Below, in pieces: positions 37,941-47,697 of a stretch of 64,000 nt of DNA. The notes beneath the pieces were generated by a model. The model searched no databases. It saw nothing but the letters and a program-made list of their open reading frames with translations, and was not told where the DNA came from. Positions within the stretch are counted from its first letter, which is position 1, and each line of letters starts with the position of its first letter. Location of the stretch: positions 1,568,001-1,632,000 of the forward strand of contig CP147779.1 of assembly GCA_037308085.1 (NCBI GenBank), read 5' to 3'. The stretch is from Promethearchaeati archaeon SRVP18_Atabeyarchaeia-1 (lineage in GTDB: Archaea > Asgardarchaeota > Atabeyarchaeia > Atabeyarchaeales > Atabeyarchaeaceae). The position numbers were made by a program, and so were the translations under genes.

Positions 37941-39203
37941 ATGAGAAAGAGAAGCATAGTATCAATGGGTTTTAGTGCGCTTTCACAAAGAAAAATGAGG
38001 ACCAGCCTCACCACACTCGGAATAGTCGTCGGGATCATGACCATAGTGGCGATATCATCCTTAAGTGGAGGTTTTCAAACACAAATTACGAACATGCTTA
38101 CGAGTGGATTTGAGGCCGACGTCGTCACCGTCAGCTCAGGTGGACTCTTCGGTGGAGGAGTCACGCTTCAGCGACAGGATGTCAACAACATAGGCAATTT
38201 CACAGACGTGACTGTAGCGACCGGGATGGCGCAGAAACTAGTGACGATCTTTCATGGTGGCAGAAATGTTAATACCACCCTGTGCGGGGTCGACTTTGCC
38301 GCCTTCCTCAAGGTCTATCCGGACAAGCTAACCTTCGCCAATGGCTCATTGCCAGATCCGGTACGCAACAACACACTGATCCTTGGCTACAGTGACGACC
38401 CAATTGCACAAGTGGGTCAAAACGTAACAGTTCAGTTTGTCATAGGTGGCTTCCTCAAGCCAAAGAACGCCACTTTCCAAGTAGAAGGAATATTCGTGAA
38501 GGTTGGTTTCGCCGGAACAACAATAATCGATCGTGGAGCATTCATACCCCTGGATACTCTGCAGAGCATCTTCAGAGAATTCAATGTAACCCAGAATATT
38601 GACACCATCCTCGTGAAAGTGGACAGCGCAAACAAAGCTGAGCAAGTAGGGGACAGGATCAAGACGTACTTCAGCGGACAAGCCAGCGTAATCGTTGCCA
38701 CGAGCTTCATCAAGTCACTGCAATCGATCCTCAGCATTGTCACAGTCTTTCTACTTGCCATTGGTTCCATAGCACTCATAGTTGCAGGAATAAGCATCAT
38801 GAACATAACGATGGTCTCAGTTATGGAGCGAACGCGAGAAATAGGCATTCTCAAAGCGCTTGGCGCAAGAAACAGGACGGTGCTCGCCCAGTTTCTCACC
38901 GAAGCAGCGTTGATAGGTTTAATGGGTGGCCTCATCGGGATCCCGTTGGGACTGGGAGTAGCCGTGGTGTTGGGAAGAGTTATGCCTGCGATGTTTTCTT
39001 CTGGGTCCTTCAGCGGATTCGGTGGAGGCGGTGGCGGAGGATTTGCGAGCTTTGGGCAGGATCTCCAACTAAACCCCGTCATTGATCCAGTTAGCATAAC
39101 AACGGCGGTCCTCTTCGCCCTGGCGATAACAGTGATCTTTGCCATCTACCCAGCTCGAAAAGCCTCGAAACTTGATCCCGTGACAGCTCTCAGATACGAG
39201 TAG
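37941..39203 (+). CDS. MacB/FtsX-family permease
   Basis: SVMERTREIGILKALGA, PARKASKLDPVTALRYE. Confidence 0.95.
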   Translation: MRKRSIVSMGFSALSQRKMRTSLTTLGIVVGIMTIVAISSLSGGFQTQITNMLTSGFEADVVTVSSGGLFGGGVTLQRQDVNNIGNFTDVTVATGMAQKLVTIFHGGRNVNTTLCGVDFAAFLKVYPDKLTFANGSLPDPVRNNTLILGYSDDPIAQVGQNVTVQFVIGGFLKPKNATFQVEGIFVKVGFAGTTIIDRGAFIPLDTLQSIFREFNVTQNIDTILVKVDSANKAEQVGDRIKTYFSGQASVIVATSFIKSLQSILSIVTVFLLAIGSIALIVAGISIMNITMVSVMERTREIGILKALGARNRTVLAQFLTEAALIGLMGGLIGIPLGLGVAVVLGRVMPAMFSSGSFSGFGGGGGGGFASFGQDLQLNPVIDPVSITTAVLFALAITVIFAIYPARKASKLDPVTALRYE

Positions 39204-39239
39204 TGAGGACCCCCCCAACCTCTTTCTATTTTCTGGAGG

Positions 39240-39923
39240 TTAGCGCATGTACTCCTCACCCTTCAGCTGATGCGAGATGTAGGTGATCACGTCGCTCGGA
39301 GTGATGCTCACTTTCAGTTTTCTTCCTAGCTCAAACGCTCTAAGGAATCTTGGTGCGCAGAGTCTCCTGAACCTCTCTACCGTCAGCGGATTCTCTCTGA
39401 GTTTTTCCCTATCTTCCTCTGTTAGGTCACAGGTTTCCTGCAGTGCGTACCTTCGAGATATCTCAATGGACATTCCTTCTCTGTGATCCTTTGAGAGTCT
39501 GCTAGTGAATTCGCTCAGCTTCCCCATATTCGCAGCGTTTTCCCACTGATCTAGAAGTTCCGAGATTACTAGTCTCAAAGCTTCGAAGACGGGCGTCAGA
39601 CCTATCCCCTTCTCGATTAGGCTACACACCATTGGATTTAGCGTAAAAGAGGCATCCGCCTGGTAGCTGGATGGCGCCCGCCTTCTTTTCTCTACCTCGG
39701 ATCCTGGCTTTCCAAGTCTCGCCAAGATCTCCCTGAGAACCTCAAGGTACTCCTCTTCAGTTACCGCAACCATGATATTATGTAGAACCTGAATTGTCGC
39801 TGTCACATCAGTCTTAGATTCGTCTAGGAATTCGCTCATCTCATCAATACTGACGAAGCCGTCAACCAGCGCTGCATCATAGATCAAGTGAGATATTGTT
39901 AGGAAGAGGCCCTTACCCTTCAT
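39240..39923 (-). CDS. Hypothetical protein
   Basis: 227 aa ORF with GGAGGGG SD. Confidence 0.7.
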   Translation of the reverse strand: MKGKGLFLTISHLIYDAALVDGFVSIDEMSEFLDESKTDVTATIQVLHNIMVAVTEEEYLEVLREILARLGKPGSEVEKRRRAPSSYQADASFTLNPMVCSLIEKGIGLTPVFEALRLVISELLDQWENAANMGKLSEFTSRLSKDHREGMSIEISRRYALQETCDLTEEDREKLRENPLTVERFRRLCAPRFLRAFELGRKLKVSITPSDVITYISHQLKGEEYMR

Positions 39924-40147
39924 CTCTCAAGGTTCCCCTCCGAAGTCTTGCAGCTGAAGAAGAGACAGGATAATGTTCCAAGCCGTCCATCCAAGTCTGA
40001 ATCGCCATGCAGTATGATCTTGTAAGTTGCTCAAGGTTATAAGCCTGACTAGACAGCGAAGCAGCCCGCTCAGAATTCTGTCGCTTAAGGTGACGGAGAG
40101 CAAAGGCAAGAAGGGAATAGCGCAGCGATGCACAGGAACTCTCGGAC

Positions 40148-40753
40148 TCACTTTGCCTTCTTCTTGCTGGATATGGGCTCGTACTTTCCACGAATTACCA
40201 TACCTGTAACCAGCATCAATATTCCGGTGCAAGCAAAAAGCGTAATGGCTGAGTAGTTAAAGCCGAGGCCAAGACCTGAGGGAGGAGGGAAGTAGATGTA
40301 GTTGAAGCCGATTCTGGCTGCCGCCATAAGAGCACCGAACACCAGTGAGAGCAAGACGAATCTGGCGACTGTTTCCTTGGGCTTATCCTTTTCCTCTATT
40401 TCAAAAGCTCTCATTAACCCTACCTTGACGAGCCCCACAAGGAAGACAAAGGACATCAGGAAGATTGTGCCGATATCGTAGACCAGGGGCTGCATTTCCG
40501 GGATGAAGTAACCCAGTATTAGTATCTGGCCAAGAGTATACAGGTATGCCAGAATGTTGCCGAAGGCAAGGTCGACTGGGTGAATGTAACCGACTTTCTC
40601 TCTCTTGAAAGTGTCTACAAAAGCGAAAGCTAGAACCAGTGCAAGTGGGGCAAGGCTTGCATAGAATAGACGGACGTCCTTCAGCAGGATTGACAGAGCG
40701 AGAAGTGTGCCGCCTACACCTTCTGCCAATTCCCCAAACATTATCAATCGCAT
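40148..40753 (-). CDS. Hypothetical multi-pass membrane protein
   Basis: About 6 TM segments. Confidence 0.75.
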   Translation of the reverse strand: MRLIMFGELAEGVGGTLLALSILLKDVRLFYASLAPLALVLAFAFVDTFKREKVGYIHPVDLAFGNILAYLYTLGQILILGYFIPEMQPLVYDIGTIFLMSFVFLVGLVKVGLMRAFEIEEKDKPKETVARFVLLSLVFGALMAAARIGFNYIYFPPPSGLGLGFNYSAITLFACTGILMLVTGMVIRGKYEPISSKKKAK

Positions 40754-41000
40754 CTGCTGAGCACCCGCTTCTTCTCCTAGTCGGAATTGTATAGATAGTC
40801 CTTCTGATAACTTAAAAGATTTACGTCAACCATGCCGCTATCGTAGCAAAGTATTAAGGTGCATGCATCCCCTATTGGAGTCCTTAAGCAGCATTCGATA
40901 GCTATGTAATGGGGGAGCCTAGGCAAGGCATCATCTTCAGCTGCCCTCACCACGTACATGATTACTGTCATCACTGCATCACTAGATTGGTGAAGTTACC

Positions 41001-42821
41001 ATGTCGCTGTTTATCGGCTCAAACATAGAAGATCCCTCGAGCAAAGTGGAGTTGCCACTAAGCATATTCGAGCGTCATATGGGCATCTTTGGAAGTTCAG
41101 GCAGCGGAAAGACGGTTCTAGCCAAAGTCATAATCGAAGAGGCATCCAGGCTAGGCATACCTGTCATAGCCGTGGATCCACAGGGCGACATTTCAAGCCT
41201 CGCCAAACTCGAAGAGCCGAGGATTCTCGAGAAACACGGGTTGCCAATCGACATGGCTAGAGACTACAAGAACAAGGTTCGCGTAAACATTTTCACGCCA
41301 GGCAGCTCTAAGGGGAGAAAAATAGGACTAGACCCACTTAAGTTCCCTCAGAAAGATGCTGGGGTGGACAGCGAGGATATAGTCCACCTTCTCGACAACA
41401 GCGTTAGAACACTCGTCAAGGTGCTCGTACGGCTCGGGGGTTTGAAATCTACACACGAGGCAAACGCCTTTGCCTGTGTCTACAGCATAGTAAAAGCCTA
41501 TTGGGACAAGGGGGTTGAAGTCAAGGGGTTCAACCATCTAGCGGATCTTGTCACAGAAGACCCCATGAAACTGGTGCCAGACATCGACCGGTACATGGCT
41601 CTGCCGGAGCGTAGAAATCTGGCTAAGGCACTGCTCTCCCTAACCGTTGGCGCCCACCAGCTGATATTCACCGCAGACGAGAAACTTGACATCGACAAGC
41701 TCATCCAGAGGTTTGAAAATCGAACTCCGATCAACATCCTGTTTCTGAAGACCTTGCCCACCGAAGAGGAGAAAATGTTCTTTCTCACTATATTCATTAC
41801 CAGACTCTACGAATGGATGATTAGTCAAGGCTCAACAAGTAAACCTAGGCTTATCTTCTTCATTGACGAGATCGCCCCATTCATCCCCGCAGGTGTAGTT
41901 AAACCGGCCCCAAAGGATTCACTTCTACTTGTTCTACGGCAAGCAAGGAAATATGGCGTAATATGCATAGCTTGCAGTCAATCCCCAAAGGACGTTGACT
42001 ACAAGGCGTTTGAGCAGATGGGCACATATGCCATCGGCCGCCTGACGACGAAACAGTCAATGGACTCCATAGAGAGAATCGTGTCTGCGGGAATGGGAGA
42101 AGCAGAAACCAATAAGATATTCACGATTCTCCCCAGGCTCGATCGGGGAGAATTCCTCTTGATTTCCCCCGAGTACAAGCAGGGCGGAGCCATGCTCAGA
42201 ACAAGGTGGCTACTGACGAAGCATGAAACCTTGACTGAAGACGACATCAAGAAACTCAAGGAGAAGCTTGCGAGTACAGGACTGATAGGTATCGACAAAA
42301 ATGACGAGATTCTTGGCGGGGCCAAACCGGTTGAAGAAGGGACGCCCACGAAGGAGAAGGTCGCCGAAGCCAAGAACCTAGAGACGGAAGAAGGCAGGGC
42401 TTCCAAGAGGGAAGCGGTTCCAGAGCAGAAGAAACCTGAGACTTCCGAGGACGTCCTGAATGCCCTGATAGCCCGGCTTGAGAAAATTGCCAGGACTAAG
42501 TTTGGCTTAGACTTCATTAGAGAACTCGTAAGCAGTAAGAAGCTGGACTTCGAGCTAGCGTACCAGCAATACTACGGCGAAACTCTGCACGCAATGGAAA
42601 CCGGCTTGGGAGAGAAACAAGAGGAAGATGGAAAACAATACTTGGTATACGACTTCAAGGCGCTACTGGACAACGTGATCAAAGAAACAAACGCCCCACC
42701 GATCGAAATAGACCCGGAGGAGATCCAAGGTAGATTCGAGCGAATAGTCCTGACCTCAGAGAGAAGCAGCGTCATAGAGCGCGCAATACGCGGAAAACCA
42801 TTCTTGAGGTACAAGCATTAA
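41001..42821 (+). CDS. HerA/FtsK-superfamily (DUF87-like) ATPase
   Basis: RHMGIFGSSGSGKT, VDPQGD, FFIDE, RQARKYGV...SQSP. Confidence 0.88.
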   Translation: MSLFIGSNIEDPSSKVELPLSIFERHMGIFGSSGSGKTVLAKVIIEEASRLGIPVIAVDPQGDISSLAKLEEPRILEKHGLPIDMARDYKNKVRVNIFTPGSSKGRKIGLDPLKFPQKDAGVDSEDIVHLLDNSVRTLVKVLVRLGGLKSTHEANAFACVYSIVKAYWDKGVEVKGFNHLADLVTEDPMKLVPDIDRYMALPERRNLAKALLSLTVGAHQLIFTADEKLDIDKLIQRFENRTPINILFLKTLPTEEEKMFFLTIFITRLYEWMISQGSTSKPRLIFFIDEIAPFIPAGVVKPAPKDSLLLVLRQARKYGVICIACSQSPKDVDYKAFEQMGTYAIGRLTTKQSMDSIERIVSAGMGEAETNKIFTILPRLDRGEFLLISPEYKQGGAMLRTRWLLTKHETLTEDDIKKLKEKLASTGLIGIDKNDEILGGAKPVEEGTPTKEKVAEAKNLETEEGRASKREAVPEQKKPETSEDVLNALIARLEKIARTKFGLDFIRELVSSKKLDFELAYQQYYGETLHAMETGLGEKQEEDGKQYLVYDFKALLDNVIKETNAPPIEIDPEEIQGRFERIVLTSERSSVIERAIRGKPFLRYKH

Positions 42822-42918
42822 CAGGACCTGACTAGGCAGGGGGATTGACTGCTGACGGAGTCTCGATGTCGCTTAAACAAGTGATATATATGCCCTGCGC
42901 GAAGGTCTATCCAGATCG

Positions 42919-43569
42919 ATGTGGAGGGTTGCCAGTGAATTGACGATGACCTTGACTTTGTTCGAAGCCACAAGAGGCAAGGTATACTTGGCTTTGCTGG
43001 TAATTGCGGGGCTTTGCCTAATAATCGCCCCCATCTTCGCCTGGTTAACCTACGACTTGCACATTAGCCAAGGCGCAGTTCAATCAGGAGTCTCAGTCTA
43101 CGTGACGGGATTTGGCTCGATGTTTTCCGCCCCAGCGGTCAGCGGAGTCTCATTCTCTTTTCCAGCGCTACAGGGGTGGTGGTATGGGATATTAGCTCTC
43201 GTGATAGGTGTGGCCGCCCTCCTCGTGTCGCCCGTTGCGTTTCGTAGACCCGAAGTTGGCGGCCTCATAGGCTTCTTACTGAGCTTCGTGAACATGCCAC
43301 CTCTACTGTTCTTCTTGGGCCGCTCTCAGGAACTCAGCTCCATCGTGGTAGCGTTCATAACAGCACTTCAAACCGGCGGGTATACATTCCTGAGCGTAAC
43401 CTCCTACTATGCCTTAGGCTTCATAATTGGTATCATCGGGACTGCTCTGCTTCCACTCTCTAGCATCCTCATCCTATCAAACGCCACAAAACTGAGGATG
43501 TCTAAGGAAGATGCGGAGAAGAAGAAGCAAAGGAAAGAGGAGGAGCTGAACCCGCATGTCGATAAGTAG
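42919..43569 (+). CDS. Hypothetical membrane protein
   Basis: 4-5 TM segments, charged tail. Confidence 0.7.
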   Translation: MWRVASELTMTLTLFEATRGKVYLALLVIAGLCLIIAPIFAWLTYDLHISQGAVQSGVSVYVTGFGSMFSAPAVSGVSFSFPALQGWWYGILALVIGVAALLVSPVAFRRPEVGGLIGFLLSFVNMPPLLFFLGRSQELSSIVVAFITALQTGGYTFLSVTSYYALGFIIGIIGTALLPLSSILILSNATKLRMSKEDAEKKKQRKEEELNPHVDK

Positions 43570-43788
43570 CCGAAGCTTGCAGGACGCGTGCAGAGATCTT
43601 AGCATCGAAGTCTCGGCAGGCAGAAGAGCACCAAAATGAGAGTTGCATTTCCAAAATTGACAATGCCCCAGGGTAGGATACTAACTTTGCAGGCAAAAGC
43701 ATCATACGGGAATATCCATCTACAGCAATTCCCCACAACAAAAAAGGAAAAAAAGGGTTTAGAAATCGGTTACCGTCTTGTCGTCCAC

Positions 43789-44115
43789 CTACATTCCAAT
43801 GTAGAGAAGCAGACCGCCGATAATTGCCAGGATGCTTCCGATGAAGTAGAAGTCAGCACCGATCACTAAGTTCAGTATTCCAAGTATCAAGACGATAATG
43901 CCCATCATCTTGCCCTTTCCAGCATATCCCAAATAGCCAAGAAGTATAACTAAGATTCCAAAGATGATCCCAAGAATACCGTAGATCATAACGCTGAAAA
44001 TGCCAAAGTAGATTCCAATTGCTGCGCCCATGACTATTAGGAGCAAGCCGGCGATCAACATGATGATACCGCCGATGAGACTCAGAAGCATTCCATAAGT
44101 TGGTTTCTTTGCCAT
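43789..44115 (-). CDS. Small Gly-rich membrane protein
   Basis: 4 TM segments. Confidence 0.75.
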   Translation of the reverse strand: MAKKPTYGMLLSLIGGIIMLIAGLLLIVMGAAIGIYFGIFSVMIYGILGIIFGILVILLGYLGYAGKGKMMGIIVLILGILNLVIGADFYFIGSILAIIGGLLLYIGM

Positions 44116-44468
44116 GTTTTCTCACTTTCCCATATTCGATTTCAAGGTCATGGCGAACGCTTCGCCCCGACCTTGACTCGGGGCACATATTAGTCGAGGC
44201 AGCTATATAAGTATGATTGCTGGTGAAAAGACACAGCTGCCCTGTGGTGGGACATGATCTGGAATTCACCATAATCTTGCTGTGGGATTTCTGTTTCGAG
44301 GCTTTCAATAAGCACGATCCGCAACGCTCAAGGACATTCGGTAAGGAAATCACAGCAAACGCAATGTGCCATAGGTGGGTTGAAGTCGAACTCTCCAATT
44401 GGCGCAACATAAAAGTGAGCTTTCTGCAATCTCACCGAGTTCGGAATCCAATTAGCGATGAGATTCCT

Positions 44469-44879
44469 CTACTTCTTCTCCTCGCCGAAAACGCTCCAGA
44501 AGAGCCCAAGCAGGACACCGAAAACTAGTACCTGGAAGACGAATTCGAGGGCAAAGTAGGCTACGCCCTCGGCATAGCTTAGGTACCCGTAACCGAGTGC
44601 CACGCTAAATACCAGCCAGAATACAAGCCCCATCACTATTCCTTTGGGTATTGAAGATTCCGTGGGCAGATTATCATAGAGATCAGCGTACCCCAAACCC
44701 CATAACATTCCACCGGTCACGCCGACGATGATAACGTTCGCCTGGTCGATTAACCCCAATGCCTCGCCCAGTTTCCCGAGCAGAGTTGTTCCGAAGGCAA
44801 TCAGAGTGAACCCGAAGACCACGGCATAGACTGTTCCTGCAAGAATGCCCGCCTTGATCCCAAGAACATAGTCGGCCAA
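44469..44879 (-). CDS. Hypothetical membrane protein
   Basis: 4 TM segments; GGGAGG SD. Confidence 0.75.
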   Translation of the reverse strand: MADYVLGIKAGILAGTVYAVVFGFTLIAFGTTLLGKLGEALGLIDQANVIIVGVTGGMLWGLGYADLYDNLPTESSIPKGIVMGLVFWLVFSVALGYGYLSYAEGVAYFALEFVFQVLVFGVLLGLFWSVFGEEKK

Positions 44880-44978
44880 TGCTTATTTCCTCCCTACTTT
44901 TCGCGTTGCTCAGGGATTCCTGTCAGCTTCAGACCGGGATTATTGCCTGGCCCTGATGGGGATCCCGTCGGGACCGGG

Positions 44979-46079
44979 TTAAGTGAATAACTCTTGAGCT
45001 AGTTGTCCGTTCTTGATAATCAGTCTTCCATCGATTCTGAGCGCAGCCTTGCTCAGAGTCCCTGTAGCGCCGTATGATGACTTATTCTTTCCACCGATCG
45101 CCTCATTGTCGCCGATGCCTATTGTAATGGCTCCTTCAACGATGTTATTCATCATGAAGCCGTACGCTGCTTTCGGGTTTATTCCTATTCCGAGCGTCGC
45201 TATTCTGTCCTTGTCTCCTGAGGCTTTGTCAATTGCCTTCGTGAGGTACTCGATGTTCTTTTTTCCTTTCATTGATGCTAGTTTTCCATCTTTGAAGTCC
45301 CACTCCATGCCTTCGATGTTGACCCCAAACTGTTGGAGTTGGAGGTCAAAGACAGCCTTTCCGTTGGCGCTCGTTTCAACTATCGTCGTCCCAACATACC
45401 CAGCGGGTAGCTGTGCATCGAGATCGTTGTGGGCAATATCATCCTTGTCAATTATGCCATCGTCAATGCTGACTCGTCTCCCGCCTAACTCGAAGGTTAG
45501 ACTTGTTCCGCTTGCGTCGACGATTTCAGCCGTGCCTGCTTTGTCAAGGGCGCCAGCGATTTGACGGCCCACCTTGTACAGCTTCTTCAGATCCGCGGCC
45601 ATTGAGTCGTCCATTACCTTCTTCCATTTCCCATAGTTCAGACCGTAGTTCTTGGCTCTTTGAGGAGTGACCATTGCCAACCCCAAACCAAGATTTCTTA
45701 TTTTTCTCTCTTGTGCCCTTGGGAAATGTGCTTTTCTCTCCCCTTCAAACCACGCCGTGAACTTGGATGGAGGTATCTTCTTCAGCCGGTCGGGGTTTTC
45801 TGCTGCGAATAGGTTGACTCCTGCGGTTATTGTTTCGGTGAACGCTTGGCAGATTTTCGAAGGCTCCCTTAAGCTGTCCTCGGAGAGCTTTTCGAGTAGC
45901 CCGTAGTAGTACTCGTCAGTCCAAAGATTAAGGAGAACGTCAGCCCCTTCCTTAAAGCACTCAACAGCAACCGCATTCGCGACATCGATCGTGTGACTCC
46001 ATGTGGAAATATTCACCACGTCACTTGAACGAATATTCAGGGCATCCTTAACTACTATCTTAGCTAAATCCTCATACAA
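44979..46079 (-). CDS. M29-family aminopeptidase-like protein
   Basis: Overall M29 layout (LPAG, LGIGINP, IGIGDN); Glu residues expected in LPxGE/ELGIG appear replaced. Confidence 0.8.
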   Translation of the reverse strand: MYEDLAKIVVKDALNIRSSDVVNISTWSHTIDVANAVAVECFKEGADVLLNLWTDEYYYGLLEKLSEDSLREPSKICQAFTETITAGVNLFAAENPDRLKKIPPSKFTAWFEGERKAHFPRAQERKIRNLGLGLAMVTPQRAKNYGLNYGKWKKVMDDSMAADLKKLYKVGRQIAGALDKAGTAEIVDASGTSLTFELGGRRVSIDDGIIDKDDIAHNDLDAQLPAGYVGTTIVETSANGKAVFDLQLQQFGVNIEGMEWDFKDGKLASMKGKKNIEYLTKAIDKASGDKDRIATLGIGINPKAAYGFMMNNIVEGAITIGIGDNEAIGGKNKSSYGATGTLSKAALRIDGRLIIKNGQLAQELFT

Positions 46080-46331
46080 TCTTTCCTCACCCTCGAACGC
46101 AAAGAAGCATTCCAAATTACTTATAGGTTTTCCTTGACGCCAATCATGACTGCATGGATGATCAGGAAGTCATAGCAACCATACAACTTGCGGCAAAAGG
46201 GCTGGCTGAGTGTTCCTGCGGCATGTTTGATTATCATTCTACCTATTGGCGCCTAGATACCAAGAACCATGAACAAAAAAGGGGGAAATAGGTCTTCCTT
46301 GATACAGCCACTATTCCCCGACTTAAGAGTT

Positions 46332-46727
46332 CTACTTTCCAAGTGCCTGAAGGAGCCCAAAGACGACGAGCAGGATTCCGGCTATCATTTCTAGATAGAG
46401 CCCGATTCCAGCAATCAACGATACACTATCATACAGGAAGAAGTATAGGGCCCCACCCAGAACAAGTAGCCCACCGACTAGTACTAGCCATCCGAACATC
46501 TTTGTTTTACCTTTCATCGACATGGCAAGAAGCCCGAAGAGTAGTGCTACGATACCACCTACTGGGATTATGAACAGCGCGGGAAATCCTCCCAAAGTCG
46601 CATAATCGTAACCGCTAACGTTAAAGAACAAGACGGTTACGAATGGCAGGAAGAAGCCGAGTGCTGCGACGGCGCCCATGATTACGTTTAGGATGGGTAT
46701 CCAAGTCATGCCTGCTTTCTTCGACAT
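46332..46727 (-). CDS. Hypothetical membrane protein
   Basis: 4 TM segments. Confidence 0.75.
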   Translation of the reverse strand: MSKKAGMTWIPILNVIMGAVAALGFFLPFVTVLFFNVSGYDYATLGGFPALFIIPVGGIVALLFGLLAMSMKGKTKMFGWLVLVGGLLVLGGALYFFLYDSVSLIAGIGLYLEMIAGILLVVFGLLQALGK

Positions 46728-46969
46728 TTTTCTTTTCACCCTCACCATACTAATCTATCTGTATGTCCGCCATTTTCCATTATAGCCGGGGCGCCAGATA
46801 TATAGATTTCCGTTTCCAAGTCTTCTGGACACTTCAACGCCTAGACCCCAAAACCAACCCGCTTGCGCCATGATGTGACCGAAACGCGCTCCCAGCTAAC
46901 TATATATCCGATCGAATCAATAGTAAAGATCGTACTTAACTGCAAGTTGCACGGGGGGTTCAACGAGGG

Positions 46970-47575
46970 GTGCGAGCCGAAGGCAAGCATCAAGACAGTA
47001 AGCAAGCTGAGTTGATGGAACTCAGGGACGCAATAAGGAAACTGGTCGGGCTCACCAGAAAGATGCGCAATATGGCTATGAAAAGAAGATCTCCTGACCC
47101 CACCTTGGTAACGCGGGGTTCAGGCGAGGAAGATGTCGAGAGCAAGGTGCGACATTTCACCGAGGCGCTCCTAAACTACCTTAGGCTTAGGAGGGAACTC
47201 CGATCAAGTTTCGTGGCTTTTCAAAATAGTCTTGCGAATCTTGAGAGGGCCGAGACTGTTGAAGAGGTCTCGACGCTGATGGGGCTGACGGTTGCAGCCG
47301 CCCAGGAGGAATATCGCCGTATCCAGGACCAAATCATCGAGCAGTACGAAAAGACACTCTTCCCAGCTATGCCCGAAATAGAAAGTGTAATCAAGGCCGC
47401 CGGAGAAACTAAGAACTTCAGCAAGTGGATGCGCGACATAAGTGGGCAGGACGCCAATTCGGGTGAGGACGACTACACAAGAATGGTTGCTGCAATAAGG
47501 GATCGTAACGTCACAAAATTCAACGAGATCTACGAAAAAGTAAAGAAACGCATCGAGACGGAAGAACGGAGATAG
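46970..47575 (+). CDS. Hypothetical helical protein
   Basis: 201 aa charged helical ORF. Confidence 0.65.
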   Translation: MRAEGKHQDSKQAELMELRDAIRKLVGLTRKMRNMAMKRRSPDPTLVTRGSGEEDVESKVRHFTEALLNYLRLRRELRSSFVAFQNSLANLERAETVEEVSTLMGLTVAAAQEEYRRIQDQIIEQYEKTLFPAMPEIESVIKAAGETKNFSKWMRDISGQDANSGEDDYTRMVAAIRDRNVTKFNEIYEKVKKRIETEERR

Positions 47576-47697
47576 AGCTCCAGCGTCTGCATTACGCAGG
47601 TAATGACAACCGAGCGCATCGCAGGATGACTCGGACCAATCAAGTGAAAACTTAAATATGAAGATGTCTCTGGCTTCTCCCATACTCCTTTTAGGAT

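Noticed and set aside
44946-44978. GC-rich stem-loop as an ncRNA
   Set aside because: Single short hairpin right after a stop codon; likely a 3' UTR structure.
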